From: Ramazzottius varieornatus
Lineage: Eukaryota > Animalia > Tardigrada
DNA length: 64,000 nt
Direction of reading: 5' to 3'
Assembly: GCA_001949185.1 (NCBI GenBank)
Contig: BDGG01000002.1
Coordinates: forward strand, 5,818,448 to 5,882,447
This document shows, in pieces, positions 26,325-39,523 of this stretch (position 1 is the stretch's first letter; every line of letters begins with the position of its first letter). The translations under genes and the position numbers were made by a program. The notes beneath the pieces are model-generated. The model made no database searches, had not been told where the DNA came from, and saw nothing but the letters and a program-made list of their open reading frames with translations.

Positions 26325-28149
26325 ATGGAATTTCACAGCTACAGCGCAAGGATGAACGGACACACCAATGGAAACGTTCCGAAGAAGACATCGTCCACGA
26401 TGAAGATTGTTTCCACTGTGAAAGCTCATACCAATGACGTACTGAGCGTCCAGTGGAGCGGAAGTAGTCTCGCCTCGGGATCAGCGGATAAAAGCATTCG
26501 CCTATGGAAAGCTGCTGGAAGTAATGGTCACCAAGTAGAGTTGAAAGAGCCAAATTTCTCACCCATCAAGGAGCATTTGGGACACGTTCACTGCGTAACA
26601 TTCAGGTAAGACAGTTTTCTCCGTACTGGTTCACTTTCACGATGTTCTCGTCAGTAGAACGTGGGTTCCTCGTAGCTCGTTTGGCACGCTTCTGGTCACA
26701 TGTGGATCCGATGGACGCGTAATAATATGGGACGCGAACACAGGAGACCAGATCGCCGTCGCTGTTTTTCCGAGTTCCAACCGATCCGCTTTACGATGTT
26801 GCCGCGTGTCTCACGACTCAAAGCTTATAGCCGCTGCTGGAGACGGAGATGTAATAGCATTATGGACATTTGACAAAACCAGTGGAAATCTGACGCTACA
26901 AAAGTACGTTGTTAAATGTTTACCTCCCTGTAGTCCACTATTCCAAGACATTAGTTCAAGTAATCGCTCGCTATTACAGGGTGTTTTCGGGACACGATGC
27001 CACTATCACCAGTATTTGCTTCACGCACAACAGTACTTTGCTCCTGTCCGCGTCCATCGGCAACGATATTCGCGTCTGGGACTGCGTGAATTTATCGGAT
27101 CAGTCTTTATGTGTCTGGCGAGATGCTCATGATCTAGGGTACGTCCTGGTTCGCCATCTAGTTAATTGCCCGGACTCGGAACAGCATCCTGATTATTTTT
27201 TGGGTAGATGCTCCTGCATGGACCTGGCTCCTTATAAGCTGCAGCTGTCCAATGACGGTACAATACACCGAGAACTGTTATACAATACTGTAACATAACC
27301 ACTTTGTACAATACCAGATACCTTACAGTGTCGGCTTACCATGTGGCAACCGGAGGATACGACAACATAATCCGAGTGTGGCACCTGGTGGACAGAACAC
27401 AGAAAACAGCTGTCAAGTTGCTACCAGGTGGTTCGCAGCTGTTAGGACATTCCTCCGATATCTGCTCCCTCCGATTTGCTCATCATGCAAAGCTCCTTGT
27501 TAGCTGGTAAGAAACCTTTCGGACAGTTTCTGCCATGTATGAAATTCACTGCAGACATGACTATATGTTTTCAGCTCATCCGACCGCACATTAATCGTCT
27601 GGGACCCCGTGCGCTCCTCGATGCTACACCGTGTTGGACCAGTTTCTAAATACTACATCCGGAGCGTCTGCTTTTCAAGTGAAGACCGGTTCGTCATGGC
27701 CGGCTTTTCCGGTGGAATGATTGGCTTCTGGGCTTTGGCAGTTACAGAGGACAGTGCAGAGCAGAACGGCGACCTACCGAGTCCTACTCTGACGATCAAC
27801 CGCTCCCTTGAAGACCCAGCCCTTCAGCTGCAGTTCCTGGAGGACTTGAAGATACCCGATGAATTTGTGTGTCCCATCACACAGGAAATAATGCGTGACC
27901 CTCATGTGGCTTTCGGTACTACTTATGGTTATTATCTTCGGCAAGAGCTTTAACACGTCTCCTCCTTTTCCAGACGGTGTATCGTACGAAAAGGAAGCCA
28001 TCCAGGCCTGGCTGAAGACTCATGACACGAGCCCTCAGACTAATCTGGTACTCCCAGCGACCACTATCATTTCTAACCAGAATTTGAAATGCCTCATCAA
28101 CAGATGGGCAGAGTCAAAAGGAAAGAACGGTTCGAAGAAACTGCTATGA
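26325..28149 (+). CDS. WDSUB1: WD40 plus U-box E3 ligase (WDSUB1-like, no SAM domain seen)
   Basis: WD40 repeats (LASGSADKSIRLW, SPIKEHLGHVHCVTF) and a U-box (IPDEFVCPITQEIMRDP...DGVSYEKEAIQAWL...TSPQTN). Confidence 0.85.
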
Positions 28150-28499
28150 AAAAGGGGCGGGCCAATTTTATAACCTGTTTGATAATTCAACCAAACTTTT
28201 ACTGTTTTTATGGTGTTTCTAATCTGCAATTTTCTACCCGTGGTTACACTGTACACCGGTTTTAACACGACACTTAGTGGTGGTTTGTAGGAAAGATGTT
28301 TATGTTTTATTTGAGGAGACTTCTACGGGAAATGCAGGGCTGCTTGTCAATACTGACCAGTTAGGTAGCTGCATTCAACTGCGTAAGAAAAAAGGAGGGC
28401 AAAGCTTGCACATCAAAAAGAAGAAAAAGATTCAAAATCCATTAAAACGAATAAGAGGAAACGAGTTGAAGATAAGACCTTCCAGAATCACAAAATGAT

Positions 28500-30731
28500 T
28501 TATAGATTTGTGCGGACAATAGTCCCCTTAGGGCGAGTTTCCATCACAGTCTCTGACGCCGTATCCCTTGGTCGTCGTGGTAAAAATCGAAAGACATCTC
28601 GCCAGGGCATATTTTCACCGAATTTTTCACCATCTTCGAGTGTCTGCGGAAGGTCGGTATCGAGCGTTTCCGGCAAAAATAATGCGGAGCACCCAGCAGC
28701 CACAGAAAGAATACCAAATATTATCACAGGATACGCGACATAATTTTCACCCAGGTACATTATCACCGGGAAGACGCAGGCACAAGCGTTGGACACGTAC
28801 TGCGTAAAAGCGGATCCTTGGCTTCTTACTACAGTAGGGAAAAGCTCCTGCAAGAAAAACATAACGAAAGAGATTACAAACTGATTTGGAAGTCAATAAA
28901 CAGAACCTCTCAATCCTTCATGCACATGCACTCCCGCTTCCCATTGCAAAGAGAAAGGTTCGTTGTACGGAGGTACGTGCAAGTCTCATACATTAAAGCG
29001 CCAGTCATGTTCTGTATTGCCCTTCGTTACGAACCTGCTCATAGATTTCTCCGAACGTGAACGATGTACTGATGCATAGCTTTCCAATCAGCCCAAGTAC
29101 CAAAAGGGTGGTGGAGTTGCTCGTCGGGACGATGCAGGTCCCTAGCAGAACAAACCCGCCCACCAGCAAAAACACCACCGTAGGTAGTCTTCTGCCCACT
29201 CGATCCGCAGTCAGGTACACCAACACGTAGGCCGGCACCTCCATGAGGGCGGCCAGCGTGTAGCTTATCCATGGGTTACTTCCAAGGGACGGAGAATAGT
29301 AACTTAACCCCAGATAAACCGTCAGGTTGGCACAGTTCACAGCACACAGCAGCAGCGACTTCTTCCGCATGTTCGGAGTTTGGAAAAGATCCCAATACGA
29401 GTAGTTCTCCTTCTCCGAAATGTCTCTCGAGGTATTATCCCTTAGGATCCCTTTGAGCAAGTCAGTGTTGAATTCAGTCTTGTTACATTTGGCTACTTTG
29501 GAAAAGAACGCCTCGACTTCATCCACGCGATGTCGGGATAGCAGCCATCGGGCACTCTCCGGCATGAAGTACCAGGAGAGAAAGACGTAGCAGAGGGGAA
29601 TACTGGTGGCCAGAGCGAACTGCCGCCAGTCCTGAACCAGGTACGCGATGGCAACAACTACCAGCGACCCCAGACAGTATGCTATGGAGGCTGCTGTGCC
29701 GAAAGTCGCTCGCTGTTTGGCACTGATCATTTCCATGGACAAGGTGAACGGTAGAGACCAAGCGGATGGATAGGTGGCTCCCACGAAGAACCGACATACG
29801 CAGAAGATGATAAAGTCCGGGGAGAAGGCCGTCGCGATACCGGCGGTCTGCGCTATGCACATACAGATCACGTACGCCCTCTTCCTTCCCCACCGATCTC
29901 CTGAACCAAGGGCTTGTCAAAGACCATCGTCCGAGGAGTGGCGTAACAATACTCTGGTAATGCAACTCGTAGGCGGAACACAAATTTTCTCGTCTCTCAC
30001 TTACCTATCAGTCCGAATAGCGGAGTGCCACAGGTAGCTCCCATCAGCAAGACAATCTGCAGAGATCAAGCTGGTGAATCAGGATGTTTATGGACAAAAG
30101 ATAAATTTATAGTCACCAACGCAATCGTGGGGTAATACGATTTTTCGCACACAAGGTTCCATTCCGTAACAATACTGTTGTTGTAGAACGCCCGGTCATA
30201 TTCCCATCCGTACTGACACGGAACCGAAGAAGAGTTCGTTCCTTCCGGTCTCAGCATCTGGCTTCCGTTGCTCCATAGACTAGGCGCATTTGCGGCGGTA
30301 TCTGGCATGGTACAGTGTTTCTGGTCTTCGGTTGTTGCGGTCGACAAGTTGGCGATGGCACCGGTAAGTACCACTTCCGGCATCGACGAAGTGTTTTGTA
30401 AACGGCACCAAAAGTTTTGTGGTTTGGCCGCCAAAAACACCTGTCAAAGCGAGAGCCGTTTCCTATTAGGACATAGTGGAAAGACGCAATCCAGAAAACG
30501 GCTTGCCTGATTGAATCCATGGAAAGATCCCGGCAATACAGCAGGAAGAAAAACGAATGCTGGAACATAAATGATCATTGTAACGATATTCATAGCTATC
30601 AAAATGGCATTACTTCCATATCTAGAATAAGATCACGTACCTAACACCAGCTTGTGGTACTTTCCGAATGAGTTTACTGAAGACAGGAACCGATCGAAAT
30701 CTTTTCCATGCAGATCTCCTAGAGGAACCAT
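28500..30731 (-). CDS. SLC22 organic cation transporter (MFS)
   Basis: FGKYH, a Cys-containing loop ending SIVTEWNLVC, WGRKR, PESARWL, DRVGRR, ELFPTVVRSQG and LFLPET. Confidence 0.93.
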
Positions 30732-31725
30732 AATGCACACTGATTCGGTGACACTTGTGAAAGGTATATTTATAGATGTGCACTTGCACATCACATGATG
30801 GTGGGGAAGATCACACATCACAGCCTCTTCGGATCAACTTGGGAACAGTACCTATGGACGGAGATGCGTCCGACGAAGCCATTTCATCTCGTTGGCGATG
30901 CCATGCTGCCTTGAGCGTCCGTAGGTGTAGTGCAGAGATACGGGAGAACGAGGCTTCAATCCGGATCACTTCCGGTGATCTTGGCGGCAGTATTCGTCTA
31001 TCAGGATAATCATAAGATCTTTCAGCGAGATGAGATTTGCGTGGGAGTGCGGATGAGCCTGTAGCTGTGTTAGGCAGCGGAGATCCACGGAACCAAGGAC
31101 GGAACTTCCGAACAGAACCGTACAACAGATTTCGATGAGTGTCTAGAGTCTGGGCTCTACAGCTCCGACAATCCGGATCTGCGAGACGGAAACTGAGATG
31201 ACTGTGACATGTCTGCCGTCTGCCTGTCACAGTGCACGTAATCGTAATGCATCAGTTTACCTTGTCATGTCATATCCCTTACGTAACGTTGAAGACCTCG
31301 ATAGTGTAAGAGTCCACTAAAAGGGGCCATTTTCCGGCTGGACTGTCCGAACTCTCAAAGCATCCGGAACTCCGTTTCACAACTCGTTTCTCCACAGAAC
31401 GTACAAGTAGGGTTTATACTTCTGACCGTAAAGTCCGGCCTTGAGATAAGGCCGTACTAGGGACTGCGAGATAAGGTGAAGCTATTCTACAGTAGCCAAA
31501 AAGCGCACCAGGGAAGATTACGGAAGTACTACTGTGTAATGTTGAGCAGGATGGGTAATTGCCACAGAAAAAGTAGAATTCACTGTGGGGACATAAGATT
31601 TACGCCATGTCACGAAGCTTGCAGGCGAGATCGATATAACCAAAGGAAGATGTCCGTAGAACAAAGTTAAGACAGCAATAAAAGTCTTATCACACATGTA
31701 ATAAAGAATGTCGGAAAGAACCAGG

Positions 31726-33203
31726 TTATCCAGGAATAATCTCGAGATCGTCCTCGTCGGTATCACTTTCTCCAGTTCGCTGAGTCACTTCTTGTCCGAA
31801 GGCAATCATTTCGTCAACTAGATAGTTGTTCAAACTTTTAACGGTACCATTGTCAATCGTGCACATCATTTCAACGAGAGGATCTTCGTACTCCTCAAGA
31901 ATCCGAATGAATGCCATCTTCTTGAGTAGCAAATCTTTGAGCCACGTCAACGTCGCCGGCGTCGAGACGCTGTTCGTCGAAAGCGTGATCCTTCCTAACT
32001 CAACCCTCGCTGCGAACCAGGGCTCTTTCAAAAAAGACTGATCGAGGCGTCTGAGGAACCTCACATCTTTCACTTCGCCAACCCGCCCAAGATCTGGAAG
32101 CCTAACCTGTAAGAACGACAAGCAAAAGTAAGCAACACAGCCCGACGAAAGGCCGAACGAGCTACACGATTTTGAGATATATGTACAGTACCTTCAAGAG
32201 CCGGTTGCTTTCCTTGGAAGTTTTCTGAAGGTCCATAACGATGCCTCTCAACCACATGAACTTTTCATGGAAGGGTGCGTGGACCGCGACGAAAGTATCT
32301 GATACGTCATCCAGCGAACGAAAGGATAGACTGGCTTTGTCGCCGTGCTTATGGTAAAAGTCCTTCATATCGTTGAGCAGGTGCGAGAACCCATCGGGAT
32401 AAGTGCGCTTCTTCGAACCTACAGCCAGGATTGCAGCTTTAGTGAGCGTATTCAGACCTACTAACTATGGAGAAACGGAAAATAGTCTACCTTGGAGGTA
32501 TGGTCGAAGAGCTGTCAGACTGTCATCGCACATCTGATGGACCCAAACAGAGAACGAGATAGGGGAGATGACGTCCATAATCTCGACGACGGCACAGGCA
32601 CCGGGTACCAAAGAGTAGCGGAACGTCATCAGCGTCATGTTCAGGGACAGCTCTCTTCGGACACCCACCGTGTGTCGTACAGGATGCGAGAACGGGCAGT
32701 CGGCTCCTATGGGACATGCTCGCCCGAGCAGGGCGTGACGGCAAACTCCCCGATCTTCGCCTAATTAAAAAAACCAATGTCCATTCATCGCCCAGTTGGA
32801 TTTTGTTGAAGTATGTGTTGAAGTACCTACCCGTGGTATTGTACAGGATCTTCGAATCATCCATCCTTCCGGTCAGAGGGTCGAGTGTGTTGGTCTTCCA
32901 GTATTCGAAGTCTTGCTCTGGAATCGTCTCCGGTGTGCTCTTTGGGTGATCAGCATAGCTGGTCGACCGCTCCGCAGGAAACTTTGTCGTCACTTCTGGA
33001 TACTGTATAGCTTTCCGGCCTGCCTGTAGTCCATACAGCATATTGGGTTTCCGACCGTAGTCAATCTTACCAGTTACGCTCGAGCTGCCCAAAGATGAAA
33101 GCTGCGAAACGGGTCTAGAAGAGCACGAAAAGATGCTGCTGCGTTCGTTGAATAGTTCTTCCACCGGAGTGACCCGAGCCCATTTTCGCATCTTGGAGTT
33201 CAT
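31726..33203 (-). CDS. CCCH zinc finger plus extended Tudor domain protein (Krimper-like candidate)
   Basis: Removing intron 32761-32830 gives GEDRGVCRHALLGRACPIGADCPFSH (C-x8-C-x5-C-x3-H). An eTudor follows (VEIMDVISPISFSVWV...VAVHAP...WLRGIV...VRLPDLG...LRRLDQSFLKEPWFAARVEL...SLNNYLV). Confidence 0.75.
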
Positions 33204-33948
33204 CGTGCCCAGCTTTTCTTGATACACCGATAGCACGCTCTGGAAAGAAAAACGTTCATTATTATCGTTCGGATGTGCAATACCGGTACTGTGATATCAA
33301 AGCTGTGAATAACAATCCGATATTGTGAAGCCTACCTGAAGAATGAAAATAAAGCACGGCATACGTATACGGTAACATCACCCACAGAATCGTCCGTTTG
33401 TCGAGCGACAGCAGTCGCTAAGAAGTAAAACGACAAAAGTAAGCGAGCGAAGAAAGTCACGGGCCACGGCAGAACGACAACAAAAGGATCGAGTTTCGAG
33501 GAAAGAGCAGGAGCAGGAAGAGAAGCCCTCGGTGGGCCAAGGGTGGCCCGATCCGCGATCGATAAGCACCCTTGACCCCTTTTGGGCTCAGATTTTATTT
33601 TTGGGGCTGATTTTGATTTTATTTTTGTTTTCTTGCGTTCCAGTCAGCGGTGGACGGATGATTTTCTCAGCCTAATATCGAGATTTTCTCAGCTGTCACG
33701 TACGACGTGTCGTGACGATTTATACACCGAATTTTGTCGTCAGTGCGCAGATTCTACCCTCCTGAAGTAGAGGTTGGGTGTTCAAACGATTTCCGGAAGG
33801 ATATTTTCCATGTGGAAAATTTTGTTTGACTGATTGCCGTTCCTGAGTTAATTTGTACTCTGTGATGTTGTGTCGTTCCGTGTTTTGAGTAATTCGNTGA
33901 GAAAATCATCCGTCCACCGCTGGTTCCAGTCTTTTAGTTTATAGTTTG

Positions 33949-33978
33949 TCCAGAATCCAGAATCCAGAATCCAGATCC
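33949..33978. repeat. TCCAGAA heptamer tandem repeat (~4 copies)
   Basis: TCCAGAATCCAGAATCCAGAATCCAGATCC upstream of the XLF coding region. Confidence 0.8.
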
Positions 33979-34092
33979 TTTTCTTTCTTGAAGGTGCAGC
34001 TATCACGAGTTGAACTGTGGAGTCCAGAATCTCTCATCCGGAGAGCACCGGAGTGTAACGTTTTGCCTTGGGACCTCGTGGGAATTCTCGGG

Positions 34093-35751
34093 ATGTCGGG
34101 CGCGGAAGATATACTGGGCAGGAACGAGGCTTTGTTCGAGAGTGCTCCATGGCATTGCCACTCGGCTGCATTTGCTGGTAGCGCATTGATAGACGAAGAC
34201 GACAACGACTTTCCAGAATCGTTCAGTGCCCAGGGGAAAACCGGCAAGAAAGAACTGAGGAGACTGTGGACCAAGATTCAGACGTTGCATGAAGAGTTAC
34301 GATCTGGAGACGACAGCGCACCGGAAGTCTGTTACCGATTCTTAGCATTCGACTTGGTCGACGGATCCCTGTTCTACCAGGAAGCAGCTGACTTCTCGGA
34401 AATTTCACAGCGAGTGCAGGTAACGAATTATCACGTGTACTCGTTTTTCAAGTTGATAGCGTTGCTGTCGATTATAGGAATACAACCCTGGACTAGAGTT
34501 CGAAGAGGAAACCTTACTGCGCCATCTAGAGGATGTGGTGGGAGGCAAACACTCTGACGCTGAATGGCGATACAGCACGAAGGTAGTTCGAGAGAAGAAC
34601 CAGCTGTTACCATCTGCTGTACTCGGGTACGTTTCCTTTCGGGTGAAACTGGAGAGGATAAATTTCGACTTCAAATTCGATTGTCGCCGCGTGGGCGGGA
34701 ATCGGAATGCTCTTGGCAAAGATGTAGGTACATGCTTCGTTCTATAAGTCTTTGTGTTTACCTTTGCAGTTCCATAGCATTGATCGGTACTTTTCTTTGC
34801 AGTTCGGTTTCGTTCACCTGTCACTACCGTTGTACATGGTGGCTCAGTTTGCGATGGCGCAGCGAGAAGAGCTCCTCAAGATTATCGCGAAAAAGGACAA
34901 GGAGATCGAAGACTACAGGCTGCAAAACGCAAAGACCACCAGGCGTGAGTCATGCAGTATCTTTGGAAAAGCAAACTATTTATCTCGCTGAACGATGAGA
35001 AAGCCTTTATGCGGAATTTAGTGTAGCGAATAACATTGAATTTTGGCTTCTCCTTCCGGATCTTCATCGCTGTTATTGTTGCAGCTCATTTGGCGACTCC
35101 AATATTCGATGCCGAAGAATTTGAGAGAACCCAACTAGCGGAATTTAAGGTGAAGTGTTACTTGTGTCTTTCATTACTTCTATGTGGTTGTGCATAATAC
35201 GGTTTTCATTATTCGGTTAGACTACAGGAATGAACGAATGTGGTCGCTTACCGGCTGTAATGGACATCTACCAGAAACTGATGCAGCAGTACTTGGCAGC
35301 AAGTCTGGAAGAGCGCCGTAAGTTGATTTAGCCAAACAATTGCAGAGCTCTTCATGACAGAGATGCAGGTTACGCGAAAACTAATTCCTTATAGGTTTGC
35401 GGAAGCGCGGGCGGGCTTCGCGCATAGCTCAGGAAGCTTCCCAAGACAGCCAGTCAGGTAAACGGGACACGCAAAAGGCTTCTGGCGATAACGAAGATGG
35501 TCATAAGTCACCTAACGAGGAAGAAGACGACGAAAGACCGAAGCCTGAACCTAAGCGGGTAAAATTACTGTGTTCTTCATGTTTGCCACAGAACTGCTGT
35601 TTGGCAGAAGACTTCCTGGACATTGCTCCTTTTGCAGGCAGCGAAAACAGACAGAAGCAAGAAGAGCCTGGCCAAAGAAGAAAAACCTGCTGAGGCCGAC
35701 ATACATACCAAGAACACGCAGCATCCCAAAAAGAAACGGGGCCTGTTCTGA
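34093..35751 (+). CDS. NHEJ1: XLF/Cernunnos non-homologous end-joining factor
   Basis: PW near the N-terminus, EYNPGL, coiled coil LLKIIAKKDKEIEDYRLQNAKTTRPHLATPIFDAEEF, and a spliced C-terminus ending PKKKRGLF* that matches the XLF Ku-binding motif. Confidence 0.88.
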
Positions 35752-36147
35752 AGTGTGTCGATCCAGACGGTACCACGGTTCTGCAGTATCAATACTACCA
35801 CTTTTACTTCTGTAAAAACTCGATGGTTTCACCCCGCACAGTCTTTCTTTTGAGCATTATTTTGGGTCTTTTATGTGTGTTGAAGTTTAACAGGTCGCCG
35901 TTCCGATCGTTGCTAAGCCGTCCACTTAGCAAACACTGAACTATACAACAATGATTAAACAAAATATAAAAAAGAGGTTTCATCCGCTCCGACTAAATTC
36001 AAGCCAGCATTCCATCATACACAAGGTTCGCTGGGTAAAAGTAGAGAGGATAAAAAGAGGGGGGAAACCGCAAAAGGACACACCCAGTCAGTCCGTCACA
36101 AAAAAAGAGAATGTTGAAAAGCTAACATGTGAAAAGGTTCGTTACCA

Positions 36148-38350
36148 TCATTTCCGCCAAGCATTGGGCACTGCTGGATTGTGGGGCTTGGGTGCACGCG
36201 AGATCATATCTAGCAGATATTGCCGTTCGGCAGAGTGGCGTTGCATGTTACTGCTGTTCTGGAGGTACTGTGCGTGCTTGGAGGATGACGAAGAAGGCGC
36301 ATAAGGCTGAGGAGTGGCAACTGGCGCAAAGGGGGAAGTTAACGGAGGCTTCGACACCGAGTTTCTCGGTGCTGGTGGTAGGGCTGATCTACTATTACTA
36401 CTACTGTTCTGATACATTGAAGGTTCTCGGTGGTTGTATGCTGGACCGTTCTGTTTTCCGACATTCGGGCTGGCCCGCATACCACGATCTATTTGTCTGT
36501 CTACCGGGACTTCACGTCTACTGTTTGGATGGTGATTGGAGTTGTTCTGGTTGTGATTTACTTTAGGCAGACGCTGAGCCTTCGGTGGAGGTGCGACTGG
36601 AAGTGCGTATGGTATCTGCGGAGCTATGTTCTCGACTAAGTTCGCTGCTTTGGCTTTACTCAACGCCGCAGCGTGAAGACGGTCCATTTCTCGCTCCTAC
36701 AACAAGTAATCCGTTATAGACGGGCAGTACAGAGACTATGAAGAAATTACTGGAATCGATTATACCTTTTCCAGTACGTCGGCAAACCCAAGCTTGAGGT
36801 TCTCAATGTGGGTGAGTCGAGCAGCTTGACTTCGACATGTCATGAAGCAGGGTTCGCACACGACAGCTCCCGTATCGACATCCTTCTTCCATGTCTGGCA
36901 CACATCTTCCCCACACTTGACGCAGACGTAAGGCTCGGCGGAACGTCCACGATCGACTATGTTCTGGGACTTTATAGCGTAACTGAAAGAAACCACCGGA
37001 AGTCAGATTATCCGTCCGCAACCTACAGCAGCTACTGCCACTTCCGTCGGTGCAAATTCCATTGCACTGTAAGCTAAGGTACTGAAACCGCAATCTACCT
37101 TGCAGCTAGCTCCATTCCAAGAAGGGCTACGAAGTCCGGGCAGACCGTTCCCGGGATGAAATTCAAGTCTGGCAACGGTGCTTTCGGAGGTGCTATCTGT
37201 AAGATGGATTTCTCCATCTGGCGCTTCAGCGCCATCTTCTCTGCGGACAACTGCTGCTCTAGGATATCCAGGGGATGCGGCTGTGATCGCTGAGAGGCCG
37301 ACTGGTTTCTGGAAGAAGCGTTCTGACCCGAGTGACTACTGGCAGTAGGCTGGCCTTTCGCCAACGACTGCTTGTGGGCAAGACTTTTTGATAGCTCGAG
37401 AACGGCCGGAGCAAGAACGTTGCTTGAGGACCTCTGATTGTGCGGAAGGGCTCCGTGCTTCATGAGAGACTGCATCTGGACAAAACAAAGTTAGAAATGA
37501 CATAAAATGGAACGGGCAGCTACGTTTGAGCAAATCAAGCCACAATACACAATCATCCGTAGCTCAAATTCGAATTGCGCCAAACTGAATAAAATCGAAT
37601 AAAAATTATTACCTTGGGATCTCTGAAGTTATTCTTGTCGTTCCTGCTGTTTGCAGCTTCTAGCTGCCCTTTGCCATGCCTCTGGCCGTTGAGGAGCGAT
37701 CCAGACGTGGAAGCAGGGAATTTCTGACTGGACTGAGCTTTTCGCTCGGGAATAGCATCTTCCTTCTTTTCTGGCTTCAGAGGTAGGTTTTGCAGGTGAT
37801 ACATCTTCTTCATTAAGATCAGCTTGGTTTCTTCCATCAGTAGTTCGCTCCGGAGACGGTTGATTTCATCGGGAGAGACGAACGACGTCGAAGGCTCAGT
37901 TTGATCCATTGCGACAGGGTTGTTATCTACAAAATGTACATTTTTATTCACAATAAACTCATTTCGAACACTCTGAAAAAAATTCCCCAGCACTACAAAT
38001 AGGATATTACGAGACCCAGATACATAAACAACTGCTGGGTGGTGTGGAATATTTTGATAAGTTTTATCCGTCGATCAGTTATTTTTTAACTCACCTGTAA
38101 TGTCATCCGTAGCCGAATCCTTCGAAAGCTGCAATCTTTCTTCCGAAGGTGCGTCTGGAACAACTTCCGGAGTGACTACCATAGGTGGAAGTGGCTCGGG
38201 GATGTCAGCAGCGGGAGGAGTTTCTGCCTCGACGGCCATTTCTGAAGGAGACTCTGTTTCGCCATGACGCGCAATGTTTACGTCGTCGACATCTTCCTCC
38301 ATCCTCAAAGATTCGGAATCCGGCCGGCTGTTCTCCAAAATCAGAGACAT
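36148..38350 (-). CDS. GATAD2: p66/GATAD2 (simjang-like) NuRD subunit
   Basis: CR1 coiled coil INRLRSELLMEETKLILMKKM; CR2 KMALKRQMEKSILQIAPPKAPLPDLNFIP...DFVALLGME; GATA-like finger CVKC...W...VCEPC. Confidence 0.88.
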
Positions 38351-39523
38351 GATGGGTGAAGAGGCGATAAAAAAGCTCAGGAAAGTGTCTGGAGGTGATC
38401 AGAAGTGGTAAGGTCACCGCCGACATGAATCTGAAAGCTGGTTCCCAAAAAACCTTGACTGAGTAAACTAAAATCTAACTTTACTGGTTCACGTGTTCTC
38501 CGCTAACAATAAATTTAATAAAATTCCCATTGAATCCTGCATGAAAGATGTGTGGCGCTCCGTCTGCGCACGCCATCAGAAATCACTGGCTGCAACTCGG
38601 ACCAGTGATGATTTAGGCCACATTTCACCAAACACTGCCTACTTCTCTGCACCGCAAAAGCTCCACAGGATCCTCAGGATCAATGTTATTTGAACCTCAC
38701 CATTTACCGTTAGCTTAAAAAGTTTCCGCGAGGAAGGGTTGGCGGGATAAACAGTACTGAAGCACAATAATACGGAGAAAAATGCAGTTAAACTCTATCT
38801 TCTGTTGCAGTACGTAGGAGAGTGGCCCATCCCTACTGTCCGTGTGAATGTTGCTAGTAGGAGCAAATCTTTTTTGAGAATGAGCTCATTTGATACAGAA
38901 GAAGCCGCTGTTTTGTACCCAGTGTACCAAAAACTTAACCGTCGAAAATGGGTGTTAGAAAGAGCCAGATGGACATGGCCAACAAAATTTGCACGTACAG
39001 CGAATCAAAACGTTATTGGTCACAGGATAATTAAGCTCCCGTTTGATTGTCACGCCCATTATCGACGGTTAATTTTTTGGTACACTGTAAACAGCAAGTG
39101 TTTTGTATCGGAAAAACAATAAGGAGTTTTTGCTGCTTTTCTCAGATAATGCAGCGGTTATAACTTCGGACAATCAATTTACTTACGTAGTTATGGAATT
39201 TTCGATATCGTCGTCGTTCAGTTTCCGGAGCAGTCTCATTTTTGCTACCGTCTCGAATGGTAGTCGACGTGATTTTCATTGATGAAACCGTCCAGTTAGG
39301 TTACTGCCAAGTTCCGCCCCGTCTCTGGCAGGGCGGGACGGTCTTGAAGATTTAGCGAGACGGTCTTGAAGTGTGCGAGGCTGCCCTACAGTGCGCCGCT
39401 TCGTCAACTGTTCACAACTTTGTGTCAACTTCCGGAAGAATCTTCGTCGCCCAGAATCTTCCCTAGTTCGTCTACCTCGACTACTTCATCCCCAGCATCC
39501 AAGGAGCATCCTTCTGTGCCACC

